A stretch of 63,994 bases of DNA, the filler included, from Dirinaria sp. TL-2023a (Eukaryota), in NCBI GenBank assembly GCA_051941275.1. It is 3 parts of 3 records of this genome, joined end to end, with 100 filler letters (N's around TTAATTAATTAA, not from the genome) between each part and the next. Parts side by side here need not be neighbours in the genome. Positions count along the whole stretch, not along the records: positions 1 to 22,269 come from JAVEBF010000229.1; 2 more parts are not named here. One strand, written 5' to 3'. The notes below the pieces were generated by a model that was not told the origin of the DNA, ran no database searches, and saw nothing but the letters and a program-made list of their open reading frames with translations. Shown one piece after another: positions 1-12,044 of the stretch. Position 1 is the first letter of the stretch. The number at the start of each line of letters is the position of its first letter. The position numbers were made by a program, and so were the translations under genes.

Positions 1-495
1 GACAGCCTCAACTACATTACCTTAACCACCTTAGCCCATATTTCTTTTCTTCTCATATTCAATTTTCATTTCCAGGCTCCCAGGCGGGGGCAAAATCCCG
101 GCGTTAAGGAAGAATATTTACGTACCTACCTAAGGTAATTGACTTTACAACCTTACGTTGACGCTCAGAGGCGGGTTGGCTTGCAAATGAGTGAGTGAGC
201 TGAGAAGGGAAGGGATTTGAAGGGAAAGGGAAAGGGAAAGGGAATACCTTATGTAAAGTAAAGCTAGGAACAGGATAGGAGGTTTACTGTGAATGAATGG
301 ATGGATGAATGAATCCCGTCTTCCAAAAAAAAAATTTTTTTACGATACTATAGATGGTTTGCCCAAGGGTGATAAATCCCTCCCTTTCGGCCTCAACACC
401 CAAATGCCACGCTATGCTACTATGCTATGCTATGCCTCTACGCTTGTGTGTACATAAATGAACTCATACAAACACCAAATACATAAGAACTCGCT

Positions 496-3429
496 CTACC
501 AAATCCTCTTAGCAACCATGCTATACCTCTCCACGCCACCGAACGCCGCTCCATCTTTCGCCTTCATCGAGTCCCGCTCCCGCTCCCTCAGCTTCCTCGC
601 CCCCTCCGGATCATCCATATAGATCCATCGTCTCTTATCCTCGTCCACCTCGACCACTCCCCACCCGCCGACCCTCTTCCCCTCGGCATTGATATCGACG
701 TCCCGCTCGCGTTCTTTCATGCTTTTGTACCGCCTGCGCGCGAACGAGAGGAGCAGCATCCCCAACAGCAGCTTGAAGGCGAGAAGTAGTAGGAAGACGA
801 TGAGGAAGAAGACGAGCATGGTTGCGAACGCGATCAGGTCGTCGGTGGTGAGATAGGTGCCGAGGTCGAAGTAGGGAGATGTGGTTGTAGGGGGGGACGA
901 GGTCCCGCCGCCGAATGTGGAGCGGCCGAGGGCGCGCCGGAAGATTTGGTCGATATGTTGCAGCGCGGCTGTGGTGGCGGGGGAAGAGGTTGCTTCTTCG
1001 ACCGAGAGGGATGTTGTGCTGCTGGCTATGGGCAGAGGCATGTGTGTTGCGAGAAACATGTGGTAGGTCTGCACGCTTGCTCTGATGAAGAGGCAGGATA
1101 AAGGGATGACGGGCAGGCCGAGACGACGGGTGAGGTTTTGGTCCGCGAAGGCATTGGAGTAGTAGTCTTTGGCCAAGACGTCGAGGAAGCGGCCATATAT
1201 GGCGGGTTTGGTCAGGTTGAACTTGGTGATGTAGGCATGCTTGATCCAGTCGACGAGCATCTCTGACCCAAGCACAAGCAGGAAGGGACCCATGACTTGC
1301 CCGGTCCAAGGTGGGAACAGGGTGAAGGCTTTGGGCAGTATGCCCGAGGAACGGACGGGAGCGTCATTGCTGCTAAGGCTCAAGCCGCCGGTCTCGATGA
1401 TGTTGCGCGCTGCGATGATTGTGAGCATGAGCCAAAGCTGGAACCGCTCGACTACGTCGGCGCACGTCAACTGAAAGAGATTTTCCTTCTCGAACTTTTT
1501 AAAGACCGTGGACTTGATTTCGACGAACTGGTTCGACATGAGTAAGGTCAAGAGGGCGTTGGAGTACGAGTTGACGGCCACGTTGAGAGTGATGACTTGG
1601 TAGAAAAGCGCTGTTGCATGGACGAGATTGTATAAGAGTGCTAATATGAACAACCAGAATGGTCGAAGGATCTTGCTGCGGCCATCCGGCTTGCGCTCGA
1701 GAGCCTCCTTGGAAAAAAGGCATTCGAGCACGTCTTGACCGATGGCAGAGAAGAGTCGGTCGCATACCTCGAGGACGTTGTAGATCACATAGAGCTTGAT
1801 CGCAGCTTGTCCGCGTATACCATGATACATCCTGCTGGCATCGAATCGCATGAGAATCACGCAGCTAATTAAAATTAGAAGGCCTTTCAAGATATCCGCT
1901 TTGTGGTCAGGCCCTAAAGCAGAAGGTGTCGATTTACTTCGCCGATGGTGTCTATATGACCTGCTGCCTCGACGTCTACGGTTTGGTTGATTTCGGACTT
2001 CAGAAGTTTGATCATCCTCTTTCTCTGATACCGCAGCAGGGCCCTCATATTGCAACGTGCCATTTTGTCGTGGCTGAGGTGCGTCCGAAGTCGCTCTGCT
2101 TGCCAGACTATTCTTTCTATGTCTTCGATGCCACATCCTTCCTGTCCCGGCATAAATGAAGCTCCCTACAAATCCAATCTCCCTCGAAGCATTCTTACCC
2201 CAAGAACGAGCCAAAATAGAAATTGCCTTCAAGAAACGCAACGGCAATATCGTGAAAGAGTAGAGCCAAGCATCAAGGCACGCTAAAGCACCGAACCACA
2301 GAACTTGCTCCAATTGAGGCGGTAACAAGAGAAAATTCTGCAGGCGCTCAATTTTGACACGGGATGACTCGTAAGGGAAGTCGCTCGTAATTGAACGATG
2401 TATATAGAGGGGTGAAGGGCCGTTTGATGAAAGTTCGAGCTGTAGGTATGTAGGCAGTGATAATGGCGGAGCGGGTATTGATGAAGGCATCGGAGAAGGC
2501 ATGTTGCCTTCTAAACCTATTGCTTTTGGGGCGATGGTGTTTTTGTCGAGAGGAAGCGGGGTAGGAGTGGAGCGAAGATTCTGGGATGAACCCGTTGATG
2601 GTCCACGAGCGGAATCATTGAGCTTTGAGAGCCGCCTTCGGTTGAGAGCTGGCGTGGAGTAAGTGTGTGATGGCAGTGGTGGTCTTGAGGTGCCTTGTTT
2701 ATCTCGTGATGCCACAGAACCGTTGAGCTCCTTGTCGCCGTCATCAGAAGCCAATGAATCTTCCCGCTTCCAGTGATATGGTTCAAATTTTCCTTCATTG
2801 TGCTTCGAATCACCCGAAGCCAGTGTAGAGGCTGCATTGGTGTTCTTTCCTAGTGATCCATCCGGTCCATCCGCTTTTGTTGTAACCCGTTCGGTAGGAA
2901 GTGCGTAGGACGTATGTAGAGGTACTGATTGAGGCGATGTCGCTAGCTCATATATTTTGGCCGATGAGAGCTTACGGACTCTCCTCTTCTCAGGCTCCGA
3001 GGCTGAGCTTTCTGGCGAGCGAAATTGAGATTCTGATGCTCTTCTGTTGACGTGCTTGATATCTATTGAGCTTGGAACAGTTCGACCCGCCGTGCCTGAA
3101 TGCTGCTGGACCGAGGACCCTCCCCCTCGTGTTCCCCTACCCAAGCCCAAGAACTGGTCGCCATGGCTTACACTACCGAGTTCCTGATCGTCGTCTGAGC
3201 TAGCTTCTGGATCTGAAGGCGATGGCGAGGGAAGCTGTGAATTTGGCGCCACTTCTAATCTTTCACTGTTGGATGTCTTCGTGCAAGATGGCTGGTAGGA
3301 GCCAGATTCTGTGAGGAATACGTGAGATGTGTTGCGATGCAGCTCATGCTCCGTATCAAAGCGAAATTGCTCGCTCTTGACATTGTTTTGAATGTGCTTG
3401 TCGCTACTACCACGCAGCGTACTACTCAT
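496..3429 (-). CDS. EMP65: DUF747 / TAPT1-EMP65 family ER membrane protein
   Basis: 977-aa intronless ORF with a long disordered N-terminus, then family-typical segments: ACLDAWLYSFTILPLR, YHGIRGQAAIKLYVIYNVLEVCDRL, TLNVAVNSYSNALLTLLMSNQFVEIKSTVFKKF, VDWIKHAYITKFN, RRLGLPVIPL. Confidence 0.9.
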   Translation of the reverse strand: MSSTLRGSSDKHIQNNVKSEQFRFDTEHELHRNTSHVFLTESGSYQPSCTKTSNSERLEVAPNSQLPSPSPSDPEASSDDDQELGSVSHGDQFLGLGRGTRGGGSSVQQHSGTAGRTVPSSIDIKHVNRRASESQFRSPESSASEPEKRRVRKLSSAKIYELATSPQSVPLHTSYALPTERVTTKADGPDGSLGKNTNAASTLASGDSKHNEGKFEPYHWKREDSLASDDGDKELNGSVASRDKQGTSRPPLPSHTYSTPALNRRRLSKLNDSARGPSTGSSQNLRSTPTPLPLDKNTIAPKAIGLEGNMPSPMPSSIPAPPLSLPTYLQLELSSNGPSPLYIHRSITSDFPYESSRVKIERLQNFLLLPPQLEQVLWFGALACLDAWLYSFTILPLRFLKAISILARSWGKNASREIGFVGSFIYAGTGRMWHRRHRKNSLASRATSDAPQPRQNGTLQYEGPAAVSEKEDDQTSEVRNQPNRRRRGSRSYRHHRRSKSTPSALGPDHKADILKGLLILISCVILMRFDASRMYHGIRGQAAIKLYVIYNVLEVCDRLFSAIGQDVLECLFSKEALERKPDGRSKILRPFWLFILALLYNLVHATALFYQVITLNVAVNSYSNALLTLLMSNQFVEIKSTVFKKFEKENLFQLTCADVVERFQLWLMLTIIAARNIIETGGLSLSSNDAPVRSSGILPKAFTLFPPWTGQVMGPFLLVLGSEMLVDWIKHAYITKFNLTKPAIYGRFLDVLAKDYYSNAFADQNLTRRLGLPVIPLSCLFIRASVQTYHMFLATHMPLPIASSTTSLSVEEATSSPATTAALQHIDQIFRRALGRSTFGGGTSSPPTTTSPYFDLGTYLTTDDLIAFATMLVFFLIVFLLLLAFKLLLGMLLLSFARRRYKSMKERERDVDINAEGKRVGGWGVVEVDEDKRRWIYMDDPEGARKLRERERDSMKAKDGAAFGGVERYSMVAKRIW

Positions 3430-3972
3430 CTTCGTCGGACGGTATGCGATACGTGAGCCACAGCAAAGCTCAGCCTAAACCGCATCATCTTGCAACTGTC
3501 ATGCACAACCCGATGATTCAAGCCATGACAGACTATTTGCATCTTAAAGCAGTTGAGGATGTGGGCAACTATGATTTTGAAAATTCCTTGCGAACACCAG
3601 CGTGAGATATCTAAGGTACAATGCTTAAACGGATGTCACGTGATTGGTCTGACAGGTAAATGACTAAAGTATTCTAATCACAAGTACACAGTGGCGAACA
3701 CAGAGTTAATTGCTTGAGTAATATAGCGTTTAGTGTGAAAGCTGCATCTCGTTTCATCTCCAACGAAATGGTAACAAAATGCTCATTTACTCTCACGGCC
3801 GATTTTCATATCGTCTCGACTGATCATACAAGGGAGCTCTGGAAGATCCTGTAAGTGGCCTTCTCCATTTTCATCCTCGCCATCTTGATCCATGAGTATA
3901 GGATGGTTCTTGTAAGATGCTCACGAGTTCGGTACGCAAAATAAGGATATCAACCATGGCAGACAGCAATGC

Positions 3973-5865
3973 TCAAACTTGGTCCATGACTCCTTTCTGA
4001 GAGGCCCATGCAGCACTCGTCGAAATCCTCCTATCTTGAATAGGCGCTGTTCCGGACCGTGGAGGCTGCAACGCTTCTGGACCGAAGTAATTGGGGGACG
4101 ATCGTGCTGAGTAAGGATTGGAGTATTGCTGCGGAGGTGCAGTCGTGCTTCGTGGTGGGTACGGACGGTTGTATGCGCTTGGGTGAGCGTGTGCAACAGG
4201 ATTGTAAGCGACATAGTCACAAGGTGATGGACTTGCAAGTGAACCGCCAAAGGTCTGTGGCTGCATTTCGTAGTCATCCCTTTCAGGGACGATCCTTGGT
4301 AAAGCCTTACGACCGCCAGCTTGCTGTTGGAATGACCTTGCCGTTGCGCTACTCGATGGTACTGGCATCATTCTTGCAGGGAAATCTGATCCCTCAAGGC
4401 TGATAGTGTGATGAGACTTTTGATTTGACGATACCGGCGTCACACCCGACCAGGCTGTATCGTTAGAACCGTGACTTATTTGAGAGCTCTGCGTCTGCAA
4501 TCGACCTAAGCCCGGCTTCACAGATGAATAGTTACTTTGAGAGGGCATTGCTGATGCAAGTCCTGGCGAGTAAGCCGGACGATCACTGTCGTATCCCATT
4601 TTGCCGGCAGTATCCATGAGTGGCGCATCTGAACAATATGAATTATTGGAGCTGGCTGAGGCTTGGGAAACCATCCTTGAAGGCGGAGTTGGTCGGTTGA
4701 GGCCTGGTAGTGCGCTGGGACGATTTATATCGTCATCATTGGATCGGCTTTCCGTCCCGAAAGACGTCTCAGACGAGTGCCAGGATGGCTTCGGTTCGTC
4801 GTCAATGTCGGGTATTGTTGGCTGACGTCTCAGATACTTGCCGTCGCTCTTAACTTCTCCCTTCATTCTGTTTTTGTTCTCACGTTCTATGGCCTTGTTT
4901 ATCTTTACGCCCACAATTTGGGAAAGTCGCTTGTCCACTTTTCTTCGGCAATATCGTGCAAGAGTCCCATCGAGACTTGGAATATGATGCCACAAGAAGA
5001 CAACGTAAAATAGGATTGCTAGGGCTAATCCCAGTGCCGAAAACAGCCAGATGATGAGCGTAAAGAGCATCCCGAACAGGATTGTCGCTTGCTCTCTGTT
5101 GCTCGCCGCTAAGATTCGAATGTTGATGAAAAATTGGCCCACAGGCAAGTTACTTCCGGTTGCAGCGTGCTGCCCAACTGGAACAAGTTTCGCTTGCATT
5201 ACCGTGTATAATGTTACTGCGTTGATGATCTGTCGGGGACCCTCAGCGAAAACGATACGCAGCCATGCTATTTGGCCGTGAGCAAGCTTCTTCAGCTGTA
5301 TCAATGGTCCTCATACCTTCGAACGAGAAATAGGTGAACAGCGCCACGTATTCAGCACCTTTGCGCCCCTTAGTCAGGGCAGCAAAGAGCAGAAATCGCC
5401 GCCAACCACGACCTTCTTTACCCATGCGAACTGATTGAACCCTCACAGCCAAGGGATCGAGGTAGCTTGCAGCGACGACGCCGCTGCGAATAACGCGGAC
5501 AGCCCTCATCCACCTGTAGACCAGGAGCACCCAGGATAGTATGATACAGCCAGCGAACACCCATCTTGCATAGGTGAATGGTATGACAGGTTTTACTTGA
5601 CCGGACCAACGGTCGAAGAACAGAAGATTCGCAGCGGTGAAAATGTCGACCGCATACACAGCAATCGATATGAGCAGGGAGATGTACAGGACGCCATAGG
5701 AGAGCGGCGCGACCCACGATGTAGCTTTGAAATCGGATAAAGTCTGTATCCAACAAAGTCAGTATGGTGGATTTTGTCTCTGCGACCGACGGTACGAACA
5801 ATATAACTCCATTTTTGCTCGGGCCTTCCTTCCTCCAACTTCTCACGTTCACCACAACAGCCCAT
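3973..5865 (-). CDS. KCH1: Kch1/Prm6-type fungal potassium transporter / vacuolar membrane protein (2 introns)
   Basis: Spliced model MGCCGEREK..EQKWSYI|TLSDFKATSW..VYAVDIFTAANLLFFDRWSG..EYVALFTYFSFE|AWLRIVFAEGPRQIINAVTLY..YCRRKVDKRL, followed by a Ser/Pro-rich tail. Confidence 0.8.
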
Positions 5866-7328
5866 GCCCCTATCTGTGAAGCGGGGCTGACTCTGGATAC
5901 GAGATGAATCGCGCACAAGGGCGACCGAGTGGAGCGGTAAATTGATCAAACGATGGTCGAAGCGGCACTGTGGAGTAAATATGAACTCCAGCCGTGTAGA
6001 AATTTGGTGTCCAGCACGATATAACCAATACCCTCATCCCCTCAATAAAGAGCAATGGGCGTTGTGATCCAATGTAATAGTAGCGACCGGAATTGGGGGG
6101 AAATAATGAAACTTAGTGAATGCGATTTGCGGTCATTGTTGAAGGGCGCATTGTCAACTAATAATCACTGGCCTATTGTTGGAAGGATATAACAATGTCA
6201 ATAGCATCAAGCGAGGATTTCAGACAGTAGTGAGAACATAGCAGGGAATACATTCAGAAAGGTCGTTGCGAGTGGGTAATGGATGTTTGGATCAGGCGAT
6301 CTTTGGCTCAAGCAAGGGAGGCGGTTGCCATGCAGTGGGTCTGGCCTGATCGATCTGATAACCGAGGAATAACTGTTGTGAAGGGCAAAGAGGGGTTGCC
6401 ATGGGTGGAGGAGGTGCATACGGTAATATTAATGATTCCATTCATAGATTGTATCAGGATTCTGTTACAACTGCTCAATGCATGGATCAGAGCCGTTTAC
6501 AGGATCAGGATTCGGTAGGATTTTAGACGCCCTGAGGCTCCCCTGACTCCTGAGGCTCGCCTGCACTCTGTAGGGATCCTTCCCGCCCGGGGCCGGGCCT
6601 TTCCTTGGTCTAAGGTATTATCTAATCGGCGCCTGCGCCCTAGTAGAAACCTCCACCACCTCACTAGCAGACGCAGAGAATGCCATCATTCCACGATCGC
6701 TAGCACAATCACAACTTGAGGAGTCGAAGATGCGGTCGTTGACCTAAATCCGCCCACTCACCATGTAGATGTCATCGAAGCCCTACTCCCACCTGCGTTG
6801 CACAGAATCACTTTTGGTATTTTGGTATTCGATATCAACATTCATACTGGAAAAAATTGGTCTTTGATAAAAGCATACTATACAGCTCGTCGAATGTAAC
6901 AAAAACAGTAATAGCTATTCTCTGGTTCTCGCACGTGATTGAGCTGCTTAGCACTTCCTCGCCCTCGACAAATAAATGATGCGGTCTAATCAAATCGAAA
7001 GAGTAGAAAGCACTGAAATACCAAACGCCAAGCCTGCAAATATGTCCCTGTAATTCCCCATGCAACGCTAAAAGTGGAAAGTAATAATCCCGTATCACAC
7101 ACATTCTTTCATAGCCATACCGAAAGAAAAAAAAAACACTAGTAGCTCCTGATGAGGCTCTCAAGCCGTGGGATAGCGGAGGCGAGATCCTTGAACCAGA
7201 GCTACTCCAAGCCAACAACGTCCTCCAGCTGTCTTCATGCAGGGTGAACGGTCAGGTATTCGAGGGAAGGAGACGATTGATTGGGGTAAAGGAATCCGGC
7301 GCGCCTGAATGGTAATAGGAAACTTGTG

Positions 7329-7460
7329 CGAGCTACGGACGTAGACCATTGCTGGCCAGTCGACGTAAGCTCCACCATGGCGTTTGCTGGGCGGTTTGCT
7401 GCCTCACTTCGAGCTAAGGACATACACCATTACTGGTCAGTCGACTTAAACTCTCCATGG
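7329..7460. repeat. Imperfect direct repeat, two copies of about 50 bp spaced 81 bp apart
   Basis: cgagctacggacgtagaccattgctggccagtcgacgtaagctccaccatgg versus cgagctaaggacatacaccattactggtcagtcgacttaaactctccatgg. Confidence 0.8.
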
Positions 7461-7482
7461 TACTCGCATTCCGCACACAGCT

Positions 7483-9183
7483 CTAATCGGCTTTCCCATC
7501 GCCTTCATTGGCCGCGTTGACTGCTCCTTTAGAAAACCGGAGCATCAATTTCTGGCACGGTATCATATTAGCCAACGAATTTACTTGCGCTATTGTGATC
7601 AGCTTACCGGCCTCGGGGATGGGTTCTCTTCGCCCGGATCCTGGCCTTTCCCCTCGTCCTCGTCACCATCATCCTCCTCATCCTCCTCCTCCTCCTCATC
7701 CTCGTCCCCTTCATCCTCGTCTTCCTCCGTTGTGGAGGAAAGTCCAGCATCATCCCAGTGATGCTTCCATTTCATGATTTCTTCGAAGCAGTCCGGGATT
7801 GACGTCTCCTCTGCGAAACCGAGTTCGATCGTCATGTACTTTTCTTTCATTTCGTACAGATTGTCCCTTTCCACCCGAAGGTTTTTGATTTGAATGGATA
7901 GGCGTTGAGCCTCCATTATTTTATCGACTAATGCTGCATGATTGCTTGCAGCCTCGTCGGTTTTCTCGCTCAGCGACTTGGTGAGTTGCCGCTCCCTCGT
8001 CCTGAGCTCCGAAAGCTCCTTGTCCTGCTGGGCCAGCCGGCCCTCAAGCTCGGAGAGGCGATTCATTGCTCCTTGATGATGGGGACAGACCGCGTGGAGG
8101 CATTGCAGCGACTGTGCGCAGATCGAGTGATCGCAACACACGTGGACCTGAGGCCCCTCGAGCTCCGAAATCCGCTTGATGAACGCCTCTCGGTAAAAGG
8201 GGCAGAGGTCGTGCCAGCATCGCCCGGATTGTAAGCACGCCGAATGGTCGCAGCAGGAGTGAGCTTGGGGTTGGGGTTGAGGTTCCGATTGGAATTGTAG
8301 GTTCACTGAAACTGGACCAAATGCTTTTCGAGTCTGCCTCTTGGCGACTCTACCTTTAGCTACTTTGCTTGCAACTCTCTCATCTTTGTCCACGGAGTTG
8401 GTCGAAAGCTTTCTCAGACCGGCGGCTTCCTCTTCCAAGGCTGCAATACGGTCTTTTTGAGCCGAATTTATCTTATGCGCCTTCTCAAGACGATACCGGA
8501 GGTCTGCCTTGTCTCGTAAATGTGCGCGCAAATCCTCGTTTTCTGTGCTGAGCAGTACGTTATTGGTGTCGAGCTTGTTTAGCTTTACCTTGGTCCAAAG
8601 GTGCTTTGATTTTTCGAGCTCCAAATCTCCCATTACATCCTGGACACGGTTGCTTTCTACAAGAAGGTCATCTTTGATCTTGCTGTAGATTTCGTCGTAA
8701 GCTTTCTTGGTCCGTTCGTGACTAGCCTTTTCGTCTGCAAGTTCTTGTCGAAGAAGCTCAAGTTTATCCTCGGATTGGCGTTGCAAGCGTTGGGCGAGCT
8801 CCATCCGCGCAAATGCATAGCCGGGATAAGCGAGCACGGACAAAATACCACCTACAGCAGTCGAAAGGTAGAACACGGGGTGCTAGGATCAATATTAGAG
8901 AATAGCTGGAAGCCGCTAGCGATTGACCTACTGTAGTGATGTGTACCATAGCGGCGACAAACAGGAGGCCCAAATTCGCCAGCAGTCGAACGAGAAAGTA
9001 GACGAAGTCTTGAAGCATGTCGAAAGCGATCTCAAAGGCGGGGATCCGATAGTGATGAGTTACGGCCCAGCATAGTGGCAAGCCGAAAACGAGGAGGGGA
9101 TTAAGCACTACGTTTGCGACGGACTCGTTGTATTGGCCGACGAAAAAGAAAACGAGGTAGACGAAAATCAGCCAGAGAACCAT
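7483..9183 (-). CDS. Orphan protein: N-terminal TM segments, long coiled coil, two Cys/His-rich repeats, acidic tract
   Basis: ORFs 8764-9183 and 7599-8876 join in frame via a 49-nt intron at 8931-8883 (GTAGGT..CTAAT..TAG; HITT|HPVFYLS). A second intron at 7607-7552 (GTAAGC..GCTAAT..CAG) adds the last exon KLMLRFSKGAVNAANEGDGKAD*. Confidence 0.65.
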
Positions 9184-9325
9184 CGTTGCGGTTGAGAGCA
9201 GAGGTTGTGTTGTGTAACTGAAAGCAAGCGGTTGGAAGGTGGACTGCCGTTGCTAAGGTCGCTGAATGGTGATGCGGTACCTGCAAGACCAACGGGACGA
9301 ATCGAACGAGCAAATGTGATAGTGG

Positions 9326-9640
9326 TCGAAGCGCTGTCGAGCGGGAAGTATGTTATCGTGCACTAGCACAGAAGCGATATGGTGATTCGAAACGCTCTCG
9401 AGCAGGAAGTAAGTTGTCGTGCACTGGCACAGAAGCGATGTGGTGACTCGGAGCGCTCTAGAGCAGGAAGTAAGTTGTCGTGCACTGGCACAGAAGCGAT
9501 GTGGTGATTCGAAACACACTCAAGCAGGAAATAAGTTGTCGTGCACTAGCACAGAAGCGATATGGTGATCCGAAACACTCTCGAGCAGGAAGTAAGTTGT
9601 CGTGCACTGGCACAAGAAGCGGTATGGTGACTCGGAACAC
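9326..9640. repeat. Minisatellite, about 5 copies of a 61-bp unit
   Basis: Unit approximately gtgcactggcacagaagcgatgtggtgattcgaaacgctctcgagcaggaagtaagttgtc. It shifts one base per 60-nt line, giving a period of 61. Confidence 0.95.
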
Positions 9641-10546
9641 AAAATGCTAGAGCTGTTGATGATACTGTCGTCTCTCAAAATCCAGTCTCAAGATTAGGAT
9701 AGACACAGCAGGAGCAGTAAAGGTAGGTTGTAAGTAAGTGAGCAGTGTGTCAAGGTTGATTGAAATCCAGGCACAGAAGATGGGTGGAGAAAGAAGAAAG
9801 AAGGAGGGAGGAAAGGTGTTGCGGAGGAAGAAGGTGGGAGATTAAATACTCCACACCTCGCCTCCGGGTAGGTAGCTGTGCAAATGAGAACAATACGAAT
9901 TGTGTTGACAATAGGGAGGTCACCAGGCATCCGTGGGCATTGTTAATAAGACACGGGACATGATATTGGGCCGCTATTGGCCGCTAGGCGAGTGGCGAAG
10001 TATGGAGTGGAGACAGTAAGGTAGGATAATACCTTGGGCATCCATGTCATATGGCCCGCTGTCGGCGCTAAGAACAGGGTGGAGTGCAGACAATGTGAAT
10101 GTGTTGACAATTAGGAGAGATTGGGCATGCACGTGCTTCAATTGATGTTAAAGTACATGTACATGGCCTACTAATGGGGGGAGCTGAACAATTGTTGCAG
10201 CAATGGAATGAAGCGTGCAGGGCATTGACAATAGGAAACATAGGCATCAATGAGTTTTGCAGACAGATGATTAATTAGTCCATTTCAACATTGTGATCGT
10301 GGAGGCCAAACACGCAGCATCACGATCAACGCCGTAGGTTTCTGAGCCTGTCCCAATTGCCCTGATTATTGGAGGTTCTTGAATCCAGGATCATATGAGA
10401 TTAGCTTCTTCATTTACCGAAAATTCTGCTATTATCCTAGAAAAAGTAATTGTGAGCAATTGAACCCATTTGAAGATTCTCGAAGATATTCTCAAAGATC
10501 TAACAGGCTGCTACGGCACCTCATTCCAGCTTCGGGAAAAGATCCA

Positions 10547-11790
10547 TTAGTACTCAATTGTGCTTTTGATAGCGTCATAGATACCTGGCCCTCAAAGATC
10601 AGTAAATACACTCATCTCAGCGCATGCCCTTCTACTCACGCGTGACGTCTGGGACGTTGTATTTCTCGAAGATGAGCCCCATGTGAGTGCACCAGCCTGC
10701 GACCCTTTGAACTGGGGCTTCGAGGGACAAGAACGCCCCTTCCTGTACAGCCGCTGCCACTTCGGCGCCAACGCCTGCATTGACCATGCTTTCATGAACG
10801 ACTACTGCACGACCGGTTTTTTTCACGCTCTCTAGGACCGTCTGCTTATCCCAGGGATACAGGGTCCGCAGGTCGATCAATTCGACACTAATATCAAGAT
10901 TCTTCTCAGCGGCTGCAATGGCTGCGGAGCATGTGTACAGCGGATGCCCATAGGAGATGATTGTGACATCTTTGCCCTTCTTCATCACTTCGGCCGTCGA
11001 GAGCGGTAACTCGTAGTATTCCGACGGTACTTGTTCTACAGCAGCACGGTAGAGGATCTTTGGCTCCATGAACACCACAGGGTCGTTGCAAGCAATAGCT
11101 GCCAGGAGGAGACCTTTCGCCTGGGATGGCGAACGAGGCATTACAACAGTCAGTCCAGGGATGTGGGTAAACAGCGACTCGGGTGATTGAGAGTGATATC
11201 TGGATTTCTAATGAGTCTTTGGATAGAAAGCGAGTAAACGAGGCTACTCACAGTGCCCCATGGCCTACGCTCCCAGTAGGCATTCTGACCACCAGTCCCC
11301 CCACATTACCACCGGTCGCTGCTTCTCTGTATCTGTACTTCGCTGCTTCGTTCACGAATTGATCGAAAGCTGGGTAAACATAGTCGGCGAATTGGATCTC
11401 AGCCACGGGTTTCATACCCTGCGCTGCACACCCAATTGCGAATCCCACGATTCCCTGCTCGCTCAGGGGCGTATTGAAGACCCTCTCTGAGCCAAATTCC
11501 GTAGCCAGATTCATACTACATCGAAACACCCCACCGAATGCCACATCTTCGCCGAAGACGAGCACACGCTCATCCGTGCGTAAGGCGTGGGTTAGCGCGC
11601 TATTGACCGCTTGGAAGAGGTTGAGGCGAGTCGAAGATGAGGTGCACGGCAGAGATGATGATTGCAGCGAGCGCTGCGTATGATGAAGGATGGGGGTTTT
11701 CGAATAGTCGATGGGGATGTTCAGGCGGGCTGAAGAGGCTTGGGTAGAGTAGAGTCGTCGTAGGCTTGAAGAAAGCGCCCGGGTACACAT
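10547..11790 (-). CDS. BCKDHB: Branched-chain 2-oxoacid dehydrogenase E1 beta subunit, mitochondrial (2 introns)
   Basis: [77 protein letters not shown]; last exon [12 protein letters not shown]; Arg/Ser-rich presequence. Confidence 0.93.
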
Positions 11791-12044
11791 TGTCACCGTC
11801 GCCACGGCTGCATCTTGGAGCAAGACCGGACATGCCGCAATGGTAGCTTTTCGATGGATGATTGCAAGCTATTATCTAGAGATGCTTGACGTTAGAATTC
11901 AGTATGAGGAACGGTTAGCGTCGGCAGAAACATGGGGCGGCTGACGGCGCCAAGCTCCGAGGCTCTCTCGGCTCCTCCAACTGCTCTTTGGAGAAATCAT
12001 CGAGTCTTATGCGTAACATGTACCTTATTTTGTTGTAGTTGAGA

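Noticed and set aside
205..435. GGGAAA, GAAT/GGAT and ATGCT runs as telomeric or functional repeats
   Set aside because: Short simple microsatellites in a 3' flank; not TTAGGG arrays.
9326..9640. CRISPR-like array
   Set aside because: Units are homologous over their whole length with no unique spacers; eukaryotic context and no cas genes.
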